A stretch of 64,000 bases of DNA from Mustelus asterias. Taxonomy: Eukaryota. This document shows, piece after piece, positions 1 through 9,621 of the stretch. The notes under the pieces were generated by a model. It was not told the origin of the DNA. It saw only the letters and a program-made list of their open reading frames with translations, and searched no databases. Where the stretch lies: NCBI RefSeq assembly GCF_964213995.1, contig NC_135823.1, positions 1,116,001-1,180,000 on the forward strand, in the 5' to 3' direction. Each line of letters opens with the position of its first letter. The stretch's first letter is position 1. The position numbers and the translations under genes are program-made.

Positions 1-622
1 GTCACATGTATTACTATACAACTAAAAGTAGGCCTACCTTGCATTAAGTTGATCTTTCTCTGCACCCTGGCCATGACTGTGACACTACATTCTGCACTCT
101 CTCCTTTCCTTCTCGATGAACGGTATGCTTTGTCTGCATAGTGCGCAAGAAACAATACTTTTCACTATATCCCAATACACGAGACAATAGTAAATCAAAT
201 CAAATCAAACCAAAAGCATTCCCTGTGCAACCGAGTTCCAGATTCTGCCCATTCTTCCAAGATACATTTTTGTCCTGAATTCCTGCTTGGCGACAAACTC
301 ATCCTGCAATATTTTGAAATCCTACTTCTGCCTTGTTGAACCATTTCATAATTGTAAATATTTCGGTCGATCAGCCCTCAAGTTTCAATTTGTTTCGAGA
401 AAAAGAGCTCCAACCTCTTCAAGACTCACTGACAGTTATATGCTCTCATTTCTGGGATCATTCGTTCTGAAATGTTAATTGCACCTTTTCCACGACCTGG
501 GAATACTTACCAGATGAGGAAGAACCGTGCTCTGCACTCCAAGTCTGGTGTAACTGATGTGATTAAGATATTTGAGGCATTTTGTAGAACATGTCCAATG
601 CTCGCCAGCACTTGGACCTACA

Positions 623-633
623 GTAAACAGGAG
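623..633 (+). promoter_or_regulatory. Conserved upstream GTAAACAGGA motif (FOX:ETS composite-like), gene A
   Basis: Same motif upstream of all four paralogous leaders; 180 nt before the ATG in both A and C. Confidence 0.5.
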
Positions 634-802
634 AACCGCAGGGAGCTCTCTACCTTGGTTCTATTTTCAAACCCCAGTCCTGTTTTCATTCATATACACA
701 GTGCGCATATTGCACATCTCCCCCACACAGAGAGAACAAGAGCGAGTTCTCAGTGAGATTTGGTTTCGGGGGCTCAGACTCTCACGGTCTTGCTCAAGGA
801 CA

Positions 803-845
803 ATGAGTTTCCTCGGTATCTGTGCAGTGTTCCATCTCTTTCAGG
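803..845 (+). CDS. Gene A exon 1, signal peptide MSFLGICAVFHLFQ(G)
   Basis: ATG at 803, hydrophobic 14-mer, phase-1 donor G|gtgag; paralogous leader at 51954-51996. Confidence 0.8.
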
Positions 846-3800
846 GTGAGATATCCTCATTATATTCCGATAGAATGGAGAACGATTTGGATCGAGTGAA
901 GAGCCAGAAACTGTTTCCATTGGCAGGAGTTTCTGGAACTAAGGGAACATGGATTGAAGAATTTGGTAAAAATAACAGAGAGGGAGATGAGGGTTTTTTT
1001 TTTACCCATCTGAGTTGCTGTGATCTGCAAGGCACTGCCTGAAGGGGCGGTGAAAGCGGATGCAGCAGGATCTTTCAAAATGGGGGAATTGGATACATGT
1101 TTAAAGGGGGAAAATTCAAAAATATTAGCGAAATCCTTCAAAGATTCAACTCATATTCGAAGGGCCGAACGGTCTCCTCCCCGCCTTCTGCGGTGCTATA
1201 AGGTGTGATTTAGCGTGCAGGTTTAACTTAACAACAAAACAGATGTTCCAGACAAAATGGAATGTCGATGAATAACAATGATTCGAATGGAATTAAACTG
1301 AATTGCCATTTCTCCTGAGATATGCTGTGTGAATGGGCTCCATGAACAATATTGGCGACTTTGGAGAGAAAGAATTTCCAGTAGAACTGCAGAGTCAGTT
1401 ATAAACTTTGAACAAACTTTACGGTCCAAAGTCAATGGAGCAGAAGAAGAAACGAAGCAAAATCAGAAAGTGCTGGAACATCTCAGCGACAGTGTTTAAC
1501 ACTGCTGAATCACAGCGCCAGGAATCCGGCTTGGATTCCCGGCTTGGGTCACTGTCTGCAAAGTTTGCACGTTCCCCCCGTGTCTGTCTGGGTTTCTTCC
1601 GGGTCCTCCGCTTTCCTCCCAAAGTTCAAAGATGCGCGGGTTAGGTTGAATGCCCATGCTAAATTGACTCTTCGTATCAGTGGATCAGCAGTGTAAATAT
1701 GTCGGTTGCGGGAATAGGACCTGGGAGGGATTGTGATCGGTGCCATCTCGATGGGCCAAATGGCCTCTTTCTGCACTGTAGGGATTCTATGATTCTGAGA
1801 GCATCGGTGGTGAGAGAATAGAGCTCTGACCGAGGGCCATCCAGATTCGAAACGTCGGGTCTGTGCTCTCTCCACTGATGCTCTCAGACCGAAAATCATA
1901 GAGTCAGATTGTTCAGTGCTCAAAAAAAACATTTGTCTCCTCTGCACTGATCACAATTCCCATAACCCCACTGAGGTTTTCCAGCATTTACTGTTTTATT
2001 TTTAGTTTCAGGCACCCCCAGTCATTTGCTTTTATATAAGGAGATACACGGGATGTAATCAATAGTTGAGAAATGTGGTTTCGCTGAAGTTCTCTGTGAT
2101 AACATCACACAGTTCCCATGTGCCCCCTCCCCAGTGTTTAAACCTAATTTACTGGTGAATGGACTGGTATTATACCTTCCGAAAAGGAGGAGGAAAATGG
2201 GGCAACTAACACCAGAATCAGAGCGATTTTAATGGTGCGATTTTTTTTTTCTGAATCGGGCATTTTTGTGATTTCATTTGATTTGATTTATTATTGTCAC
2301 GTGTATTACGAGAGAGTGAAATGTATTGTTTCTTGCGCACTATAAAGACAAAGCATACCGTAGATCGAGAAGGAAAGCACAGAGTGCAGAATGTTGTGTT
2401 ACAGTCATAATCAGGGTGGAGAGAAAGATCAACATTGTGTGAGGTAGCTCCATACAAAAGTCTGATGGCAACAGTGAAGAAGTTATTCTTCTGTCGATTG
2501 GTACGTGACCTCAGACTTTTGTATTTTTTCCCAACGGAAGAAGCTGGAAGAGAAAATGTCCGAGATGCATGGGTTCCTGAATTATGTTGACTGCTTTTCC
2601 CGAGGCAGAGGGACGTGTCAATGATGGAAGGCTGGTTTGAGGTTTACTCCCAATTGGCTTTCAGTCGGCTCTTCAGGGAATGCTCTGTAACCTGAGGTGA
2701 CGGTTGTTCTCTCTCTCTCTTTCCGAGGTACAGTGTCTCAGGCCACCTTGTCCCAGTCTCCGCCGGTTCAGACGCTCCCTGCTGGGAGTCCTGTTAATCT
2801 CTGCTGCCGTATCGAGGGTCAAATTGCTAGCTCTGTCGTCTGGTACAGACAGAACGAGAGAAACGGCATGGGTTTAGTGAGCAGAGCGTTCCAGAACAGC
2901 CCAGCTGAGGGGAGATTTTCCAGTGAGATTTCGGAAAAAGGGCTTATTCATACACTAATCATTGCCGATTCCCGGATAAATGATTCTGGGATGTATTACT
3001 GTGCAACCCGCAATTACCAGAACATGGCCCAAATATTCAGAAATGGCTCCAAGTTAGTGATTACAGGTAAATTCCATTATTATTCCATTGGTGTGTTACC
3101 TCAAAGCAATTAATGTGGCCTGTTCCATTTGTCAATGGGTTCCCCTTTTGTTTTGCCGGATTTAGCGGGTTCTCCCACCATATTTCTCCTCACTCCGCCG
3201 CTGGATGAGATTCCCGCCGTGGAAAGAGTCCCGTTGTTGTGTTTGGTCAGAGGCGTGTCTCCCGATTCCTTTCCCCTCCGCTGGACTGTTTCAGGACAGG
3301 ATACCGAGGGACAGACCGATTCGGGGACGCTGGAGCCGGACGGGACCGACACCGTTAGGAGTTACATCAGCCTCTCGTCGGAAACGTGGAGAAGCGGCAC
3401 TCGCTGGACTTGCGCCATTCAGATCAACTCCGGTGAAAGCATGCTCAGTGGAAGTTTCTCATTTCAGGAAGGTAGTTATTCACAATGACCATTTTTGAAT
3501 CCATATAATTTTAACGGGACACTTTACTGAGTGCAGTCCAACTTTGTAAATTACAAATGTCTCTGCGGGCACCTCCATTGAGATCTAAATCACCACTGTC
3601 CAATCACAGCCCTCCCAGTTTCGTTTTCTGATATTTTAACTCTACTTCGTTGCCGTAAAGAGTCGTGGATGTTTAATCATTGAAACACATTCGCCAGAAC
3701 GGATAGATTAATGGGTAAGAGAATGGGCGGGAAAGTGAATTTTATGTACACGGTTAGCCATGGGGTCATTGGATGGCAGAACAGACGAGGTAGGCCGAAT

Positions 3801-6800
3801 GGCCTCTTCCCCTCTCCCACTTCTTGTATCTGGCTAAGACACCGTTACATGTCTGAACGTCAGGGACCAATCTGCCGGTGTGTATAATTGTAATGTGTGA
3901 TTATATCCCCAGTGTCGCACTCTACCTCAGCACAGCGTTGAACCTTTTATTCATCCCTTCGTCTCTCTCCACTTCAAGACCATTCAGTTACACCGGATAC
4001 CCTGCGGGTGCTCCTGTTCCGTCCCAAACTCCAAAGATGTGTGTGTTAGGTGGATTGGCCATGCTAAATTGCCCCTCAGTGTCTAATGATGTGCAGATTA
4101 GGTGGATTGGCCGTGCTAAACTGCCGCTTAGTGTCCAAAGATGTGCAGATTGGGTGGATTGGCCGTGCTAAATTGCCCCTTAGTTTCAAAAGATGTGGAG
4201 GTCAGGTGGGTCGGCCATGGTTAATTGAGCCCAAGTGTCATGGATCAGCAGGTTAGTTGGATTGGCCATGCTACATTGCCCCTTAGTGTCCACAAATGTG
4301 CAGGCTCGGTGGATTGGCCAGGTTGAATTGCCCCTTCGTGTCAAAATATGTGAAAGTCAGGTGGATCAGCCATGGTAAATTGCCCATTAGTGTCCAAGAT
4401 GAGCAGGTTAGTTGGATTAGCTATGGCAATTTGCCCTTTAGTTCCCAAACAAGTGCGGGTTAAGTGGATTGGCCATGCTAGATTGTCCCTTAATGTCCAA
4501 AGATTTGTAGGACAGGTGCGTTGGCCATGGTAGATTGTCCCTTCGTATCAGGGTAAATATTTGGGATCAAGTGGTTGGGACCTGCGTGGGACTATTGTCG
4601 TGCAGGCTCGATGGGCCTATAGGCCTTGTTCTGTTCTGCAGGCATACTACGATCTGTCTCGTTGTTTATCTTCCCCTGTTTACAATCTCTCGCCTCCCCC
4701 CCCCCCCACCCACCCCCCCCTCCCGGACCCCACCCCACCCCCCCGCCCCGCCCCCGCACCCCCGCTTCCCACCTACCCCCCACCCTTTTCTCTCCATCAA
4801 TCTTCAATTTATACCCTGGTGTAGCTTTCTCAGTCAGTCTGTCCCAGTCCACTATTTGCACCTCTTTCACTCTCGCTCTACCTTCAGTTATTGGTCACCC
4901 CCCCTCTCTCTCTCTCTCTGTCTCTTACTTTCCCTCTATTTATTGGTTTAGCTAGTATTCTGCAGCGTTCTATGTTTCCTATTGTTGTGCCAGTTACATG
5001 GTGCTTCATCAAAGGGTCTACCTATCGCTCTCCAATGATATCTACTTTGTTCTCTCCTTTTTGCTCTTTCTCAAAAGCTCTCTCTGTTTCCCTGTTGCAA
5101 ATTGAGCTGCATACTTCTGTGCAAGTTATCTGCTCTGCCTACCTCTCTATCTTTGAACAGTGTTATCTCAGATTGCTGCTCTATCTTTGAATCATTTATT
5201 CCGTCAATATATCTGGGACAATTTTTTCACACACTGGGCGTTGAGTGTCTGGAACGAGCTGCCCGAGGCATTAGTTGAGGCGGGTACAAATGTGTCTTTA
5301 AAAAGCGTTTCGACATTTACATGGGTAAGATGGGCACAGAGGGATATGGGCCACACACGGGCAAATTAGACTAGCTTAGTGGTTAGTAAAGGGGCGGGAT
5401 TGAAAAGTTGGTCCGAAGGGCCTGTTTCCATGCTGTAAGCCTCTATGACTCTAGGACTCAACTTCGTGCTTTTTTTCTCTGTTGTTTAAACTGGGCTTTG
5501 TAACATCTTGGTTCTTGCTCTTCCCTGAATCTTTCGCACTCTCCCCCTTTCTCTATGTGTGCCCTGTTCAAGAAGTGCCCAGTCCCTCTGTCACTATCTC
5601 TCTCTTCCTCTCCATGTGTCCTATTGGAAAAGTGTTTGTTTTAAATCTCTCAATTGGGCAACATGGTGGCACAATTATTCGAAGTGATGTCTCATAGCGC
5701 CAAGAGCCCTGGGTTCAATTGCGGCCTGGCCGGGGGGGGGGGGGGGGGGGGGGCGTTGTCTCTGTGGAGTCTGCACATTCTCCCCGAGTCGGCGTGTGTT
5801 TCCTCCAGTAGCTCCGATTTCCTCCCACAGTCCAAATTCGTGTGGGTGAGTTTGATTGGCCGTGTTAAGTTGACCCGAGTGTCAGGGGCATTAGTAGGGT
5901 AAATACGTGAGGAGAGGGGGATAGTGTGGGATTGTTGGAAGTGTGGACTCGATGGCCCGAATTATCTTCTTCTGCACTGTGGGATTCCATGGTTATTCGC
6001 TCCCTGAAGCTTTCACTCTCTCCCTCCATCTCTCTGTGTGCCCTGTTCAAAAAATGCTCAGTCTACCTGTCTCTCTCTCTCTCTTTCTACCTCGTCTTGT
6101 GTCCTATTGTAAAAGTGCTACTCTGTTACATGATGCGAAAGTGTGGAATTTTTTTTTTGCCATTTTCCGATCAAATGGGACAGTCAGATTGGACAACATC
6201 CGATCCTTGTTTAATTATTTCCACAATCGATTTTCTTTGAGTGAAAGTTTAATTCTTTTTGCAGATTCTCTCTTCCCGACGACCTGTAATGTAGTGTTTT
6301 CTGGTGGTTTGTCGGCCGCGGCACTTCTCCTTCTGGGATTGGTCCTTGTGGCCGGAAGAAAGATCTGCAGGAATCGGCAGAGAGGTCGCGATTGTTGGGG
6401 GAATCTGTTAATCCACGGCGCTCTCAATTCACCCATTTATCACTGAGTTATTGACACTTCTGAGCGGGTTCGGTGTGAGATGTAGCCAGTTAAAATTTCA
6501 GTTTAAATCCCTCTTTCTAACAGGAACCGCAAACAGTGATGAGGAACTGACAGAATCCAGAGGACGCAAACAGAATAAAGAGGTGAATGAATGGAATTAT
6601 TGTTGCTATCTCACACGGATACTTTTCATTAATTATCAATACGCGGTTTAGAATTCATAACCAACACAGAACATTCTGGAAAATCTCAACAAGCCTGGCG
6701 GCTTCCACGGACAGATAAAGTTTGGAAGCCGAATGACACTTCTTCCAAGTTAGCTTTTCTGTTTAATTCATTCGTGGGACATTTGATTTGATTTCTGATT

Positions 6801-9354
6801 GTCACATGCATTAGCATGCAGTGAAAAGTACTGCTTATTGCGCCCTATACAGACAAAGCATACCATTCATAGCGTACATAGATTTGATTCATTATTGTCA
6901 CATGTATCGGTATTCAGTGAAAAGTATTGTTTCTTCCGCTCTATACAGAGAAGGCATACCGTTCATAGAAAATGAAAGGAGCGAGTGGAAAATGTAGTGT
7001 TACAATCATAGCTCGGGTGTAGATAAAGATCAGATTAGTGTGAGGTAGTTCCATTCAATAGTTTGACAGCAGCAGGGAAGAAGCTGTTCTTGAGTCGGTT
7101 GGTAGGTGACCTCAGACTATTGTTTCTTTTTCCCGACGGAAGAAGGCGGCCGAGAGAATGTCCGTCGTGCGGGGGTCCTGAATTATGCTGGCTGCTTTTC
7201 CGAGACAACGGGAAGTGCAGACAGAGTCAACGAATGGGAGGCTGGTTTGCGTGATGGGACTGGGGCTCATTCATGACCCTTTGGCGTTCTTGCGGTCTTG
7301 GACAGAGCAGGAGCCATGCCAAGCTTACTTATGTTGGAAGAATGTTCTTGCTCTCGAGGGAGTGCAACGATGGTTTACCAGGCTGATTCCGAGAATGGCA
7401 GGACTGATGTTTGAAGAGACATTGGCGAGGTTATGGATATTTTCGCTCGAGTTCAGGCAAACGATGGAGGCGGGGGGCGGGGGGGGGGGGGGGGGGGGGC
7501 GGGGGGGGGGGGGCGGCGGTGGGATTTCACAGACTTATAAAATTCCAACCGGACTAGACAGGATAGATGCAGGGAGATGTTCCCGATCCTGGGGTGCTCT
7601 CACACCAGTTTGAGAGCAGTTATCCACTCCATCTGACGACGGGGCAGCGCTCCGAGAGCTAATGGCATTTGCTACCACGTGAACCTGTTGGATTTAACCT
7701 GGTGTTATTAAAACTCTTACAGAGTCCAGAACCAGGGGTCACAGTTTGAGTGATGGGACTGGACCAGTTCATGTGGTCTTGAACAGAGCAGGAGACATAC
7801 CAAGCGTATTCAGTTTGGAAGGATGTTCTTGCTCTCGAGGGAGTGCAGCGAAGGTTTACCAGGCTCATTCCGGGTATGGCGGGACAGATGTATGAGTTTC
7901 GATTGAATCGGTTCGGCTTGTTTCCGCTGGACTTCAGACGAATGAGGGGGGGGGGGGGGAATTTCACAGAGACTTATAAAATTTTAACATGACTAGGCAG
8001 GGTAGGTGCAGGGAGGATGTACCCGATGCCGGGGGAGTCCTCTGGTCATAGTTTGAGGTTTCGGGGTCGACCATTTAGGACGGAGGTGAGTAGACATTTC
8101 TTCACCCAAAGAGTGGCGAACCTGTGGAATTCATTACCAATGGAAGTAGTTGATGCGAAAGTATTGAATGTATTCAAGAGGCGGCTGGACATAACACCTG
8201 GGGGCAAAGGTTATGGGGAGAAAGCAGGATTAGGCTATTGGGCTAGACGATCAGCCATGATCGTAATGAATGGTGGAGCAGTCTCGAAGAGCCAAATGAC
8301 TTCCCCCGATGCTATCTTCTAATTTTGTATGTAAAAAGAGCCAGCATAATCAAGTACCCCACGCACCCTGGACATTCTCTCTTCCACCTTCTTCCTTCGG
8401 GAAAAAAGACACATTACGTCTGAGGCCACGCACCAACCCAGGCAAGGACAGCTTCTTCCCTGCTGCCATCAGACATTAGAATTGACCTGCCTTATATTAA
8501 CTTGAATTTTCACTACACCTTTGCTATCACTGTAACACTACAATCTGCACCCTTTCCTTTCGTTCTGCATACACGGTACGCTTTGTCTGTATACTGGGCA
8601 AGAAACAATACTTTTTAATGCATAGTAATACATGTGACAATAATAAATCAAATCAAATCGCTTCTTCACAGATCGCGGGGCGGAATTTTGGTCACTCAAA
8701 AGCCATATAGAACATTGGGCAATTGGAACTCTCAGAACTGCAGCAGTTAGATTTATATTAGAAACATAGAAACCCTACAGTGCAGAAGGAGGCCATTCGG
8801 CCCATCGAGTCTGCACCGACCACAATCCCACCCAGGCCCTACCCCCACATATTTACCCGCTAATCCCTCTAACTACACATCTCAGGAACAATTTTTAACC
8901 TGGCCAATCAGCCTAACCCGCACATCTTTGGACTGTGGGAGGAAACCGGAGCACCCGGAGGAAACCCGCGCAGACACGAGGAGAATGTGCAAACTCCACA
9001 CAGACAGTGACCCGAGCCGGGAATCGAACCCGGGACCCTGGAGCTGTGAAGCAGCAGTGCTAACCACTGTGCTACCGTGAGTGGATTAAGAATCATTCAA
9101 TATTGGTGGGTGACTGTGAGCCATGAACCGATTGAATAGAGTGAGGGGGGGGGGGGGTTATGGGGGGGTGGGGGGGGGGGGTTATTGGGGGGGTGGGAGG
9201 GGGGGCGGAGTGCGGGGGGGCGGGGGGGGAGGAGCGGGGGACTGAATGGTCTCACCTATTCCGATAATAATGGTGTGGATTGCACTAACAGATCACTTTT
9301 CATCCTCAGACGCTTTACGCTTGCCTGGCCTTTAACGAGGATCCAAAACTCTAA
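803..9354 (+). CDS. Gene A: non-rearranging VJ-C1-TM Ig-superfamily receptor with cytoplasmic ITIM/ITSM-like motif; 6 exons (803-845, 2728-3066, 3166-3471, 6265-6384, 6524-6582, 9310-9354), 303 aa
   Basis: All exons are bounded by AG/GT and splice in frame (phases 1,1,1,1,0); total 912 nt ending in TAA. The leader, TM and tail exons are the same lengths (43/120/59/45 nt) in paralog C. Confidence 0.85.
2728..3066 (+). CDS. Gene A exon 2, V-set Ig domain with germline-joined J segment
   Basis: LSQSPP...VNLCC...WYRQ...RFS...LII...DSGMYYCA...FRNGSKLVIT; polypyrimidine acceptor (alternative in-frame acceptor at 2734); donor G|gtaaat; no RSS between V and J. Confidence 0.93.
3166..3471 (+). CDS. 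Gene A exon 3, C1-set Ig domain
   Basis: SPTIFLLTPP...LLCLVRG..P....RW...DGT.TVRSYISL....WRSG..WTC: C1 hallmarks; tttag acceptor, G|gtagtt donor, 99-bp V-C intron. Confidence 0.92.
4031..4545 (+). repeat. ~52-bp minisatellite (~10 copies) derived from SINE internal sequence
   Basis: Unit CCAAAGATGTGCAGGTTAGGTGGATTGGCCATGCTAAATTGCCCCTTAGTGT repeated. Confidence 0.85.
6265..6384 (+). CDS. Gene A exon 4, Cys-containing stalk plus uncharged TM (DSLFPTTCNVVFSGGLSAAALLLLGLVLVAGRKICRNRQR)
   Basis: ttttgcag acceptor, hydrophobic stretch followed by basic residues, 120-nt paralog at 56080-56199; the donor (gtcgcg) is weak. Confidence 0.85.
6524..6582 (+). CDS. Gene A exon 5, cytoplasmic (GTANSDEELTESRGRKQNKE)
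   Basis: ctaacag acceptor, GAG|gtgaat donor; 59-nt paralog at 56330-56388. Confidence 0.8.
6780..7325 (-). mobile_element. Rex1/Babar-like LINE 3' fragment
   Basis: Same tail and 3' ORF signature. Confidence 0.7.
7330..8330 (+). mobile_element. CR1 3' fragments (internally duplicated)
   Basis: LEGVQR.FTRLIP and FFTQRVANLWNSLP motifs. Confidence 0.75.
8762..9078 (-). mobile_element. HE1/V-SINE-like tRNA-derived SINE
   Basis: tRNA head GGTTAGCACTGCTG...GGTTCGATTCCC, V-domain core, CR1-like tail. Confidence 0.85.
9310..9354 (+). CDS. Gene A exon 6 coding part, TLYACLAFNEDPKL* (ITIM/ITSM-like)
   Basis: ctaac branch point plus ttttcatcctcag acceptor, phase 0; paralog SVYARLAFNEDPTR* at 57400-57444. 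Confidence 0.8.
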   Translation, partial: TLYACLAFNEDPKL

Positions 9355-9621
9355 CTCGAGGTGAAAGAGAGAGAACTCACCGTGAGTTTCCTGAATGTCT
9401 CGTGTTGTAGAAACATTCTTCTTGTTCCACGGGAAATTCCGAACGTGCAGCCGGTGCAAATTCGGGTGGATTGGCTGCTCAATATTATGATGGCGCCCAA
9501 AGCGGAAAATGAATTTTCTCTTAATGTCCGCCATTCTGAGACGGAATATCGTCTGCAGTGCAATTTCACCTCTTCATGCTTCGAATTTCTCATATGGGTT
9601 TATACAATCCTGTTCTGCATT

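Noticed and set aside
2697-3488. Rearranging TCR or Ig light-chain locus
   Set aside because: V and J lie in one exon with no heptamer/nonamer RSS, and the gene has its own TM and Tyr-motif tail; the CACAGTG matches noticed lie mostly within repeats and none flanks a V
4031-4545. CRISPR-like array
   Set aside because: Vertebrate DNA; contiguous tandem units without unique spacers
4535-4955. Pro-rich ORFs (also 26456-26822 and 56643-57039)
   Set aside because: Artefacts of poly-C/poly-G low-complexity runs
803-9354. Naming gene A NCR3/NKp30, PRARP, SIRP or UrIg
   Set aside because: The architecture differs from NKp30 (has C1, no TM Arg), and orthology cannot be established without a phylogeny
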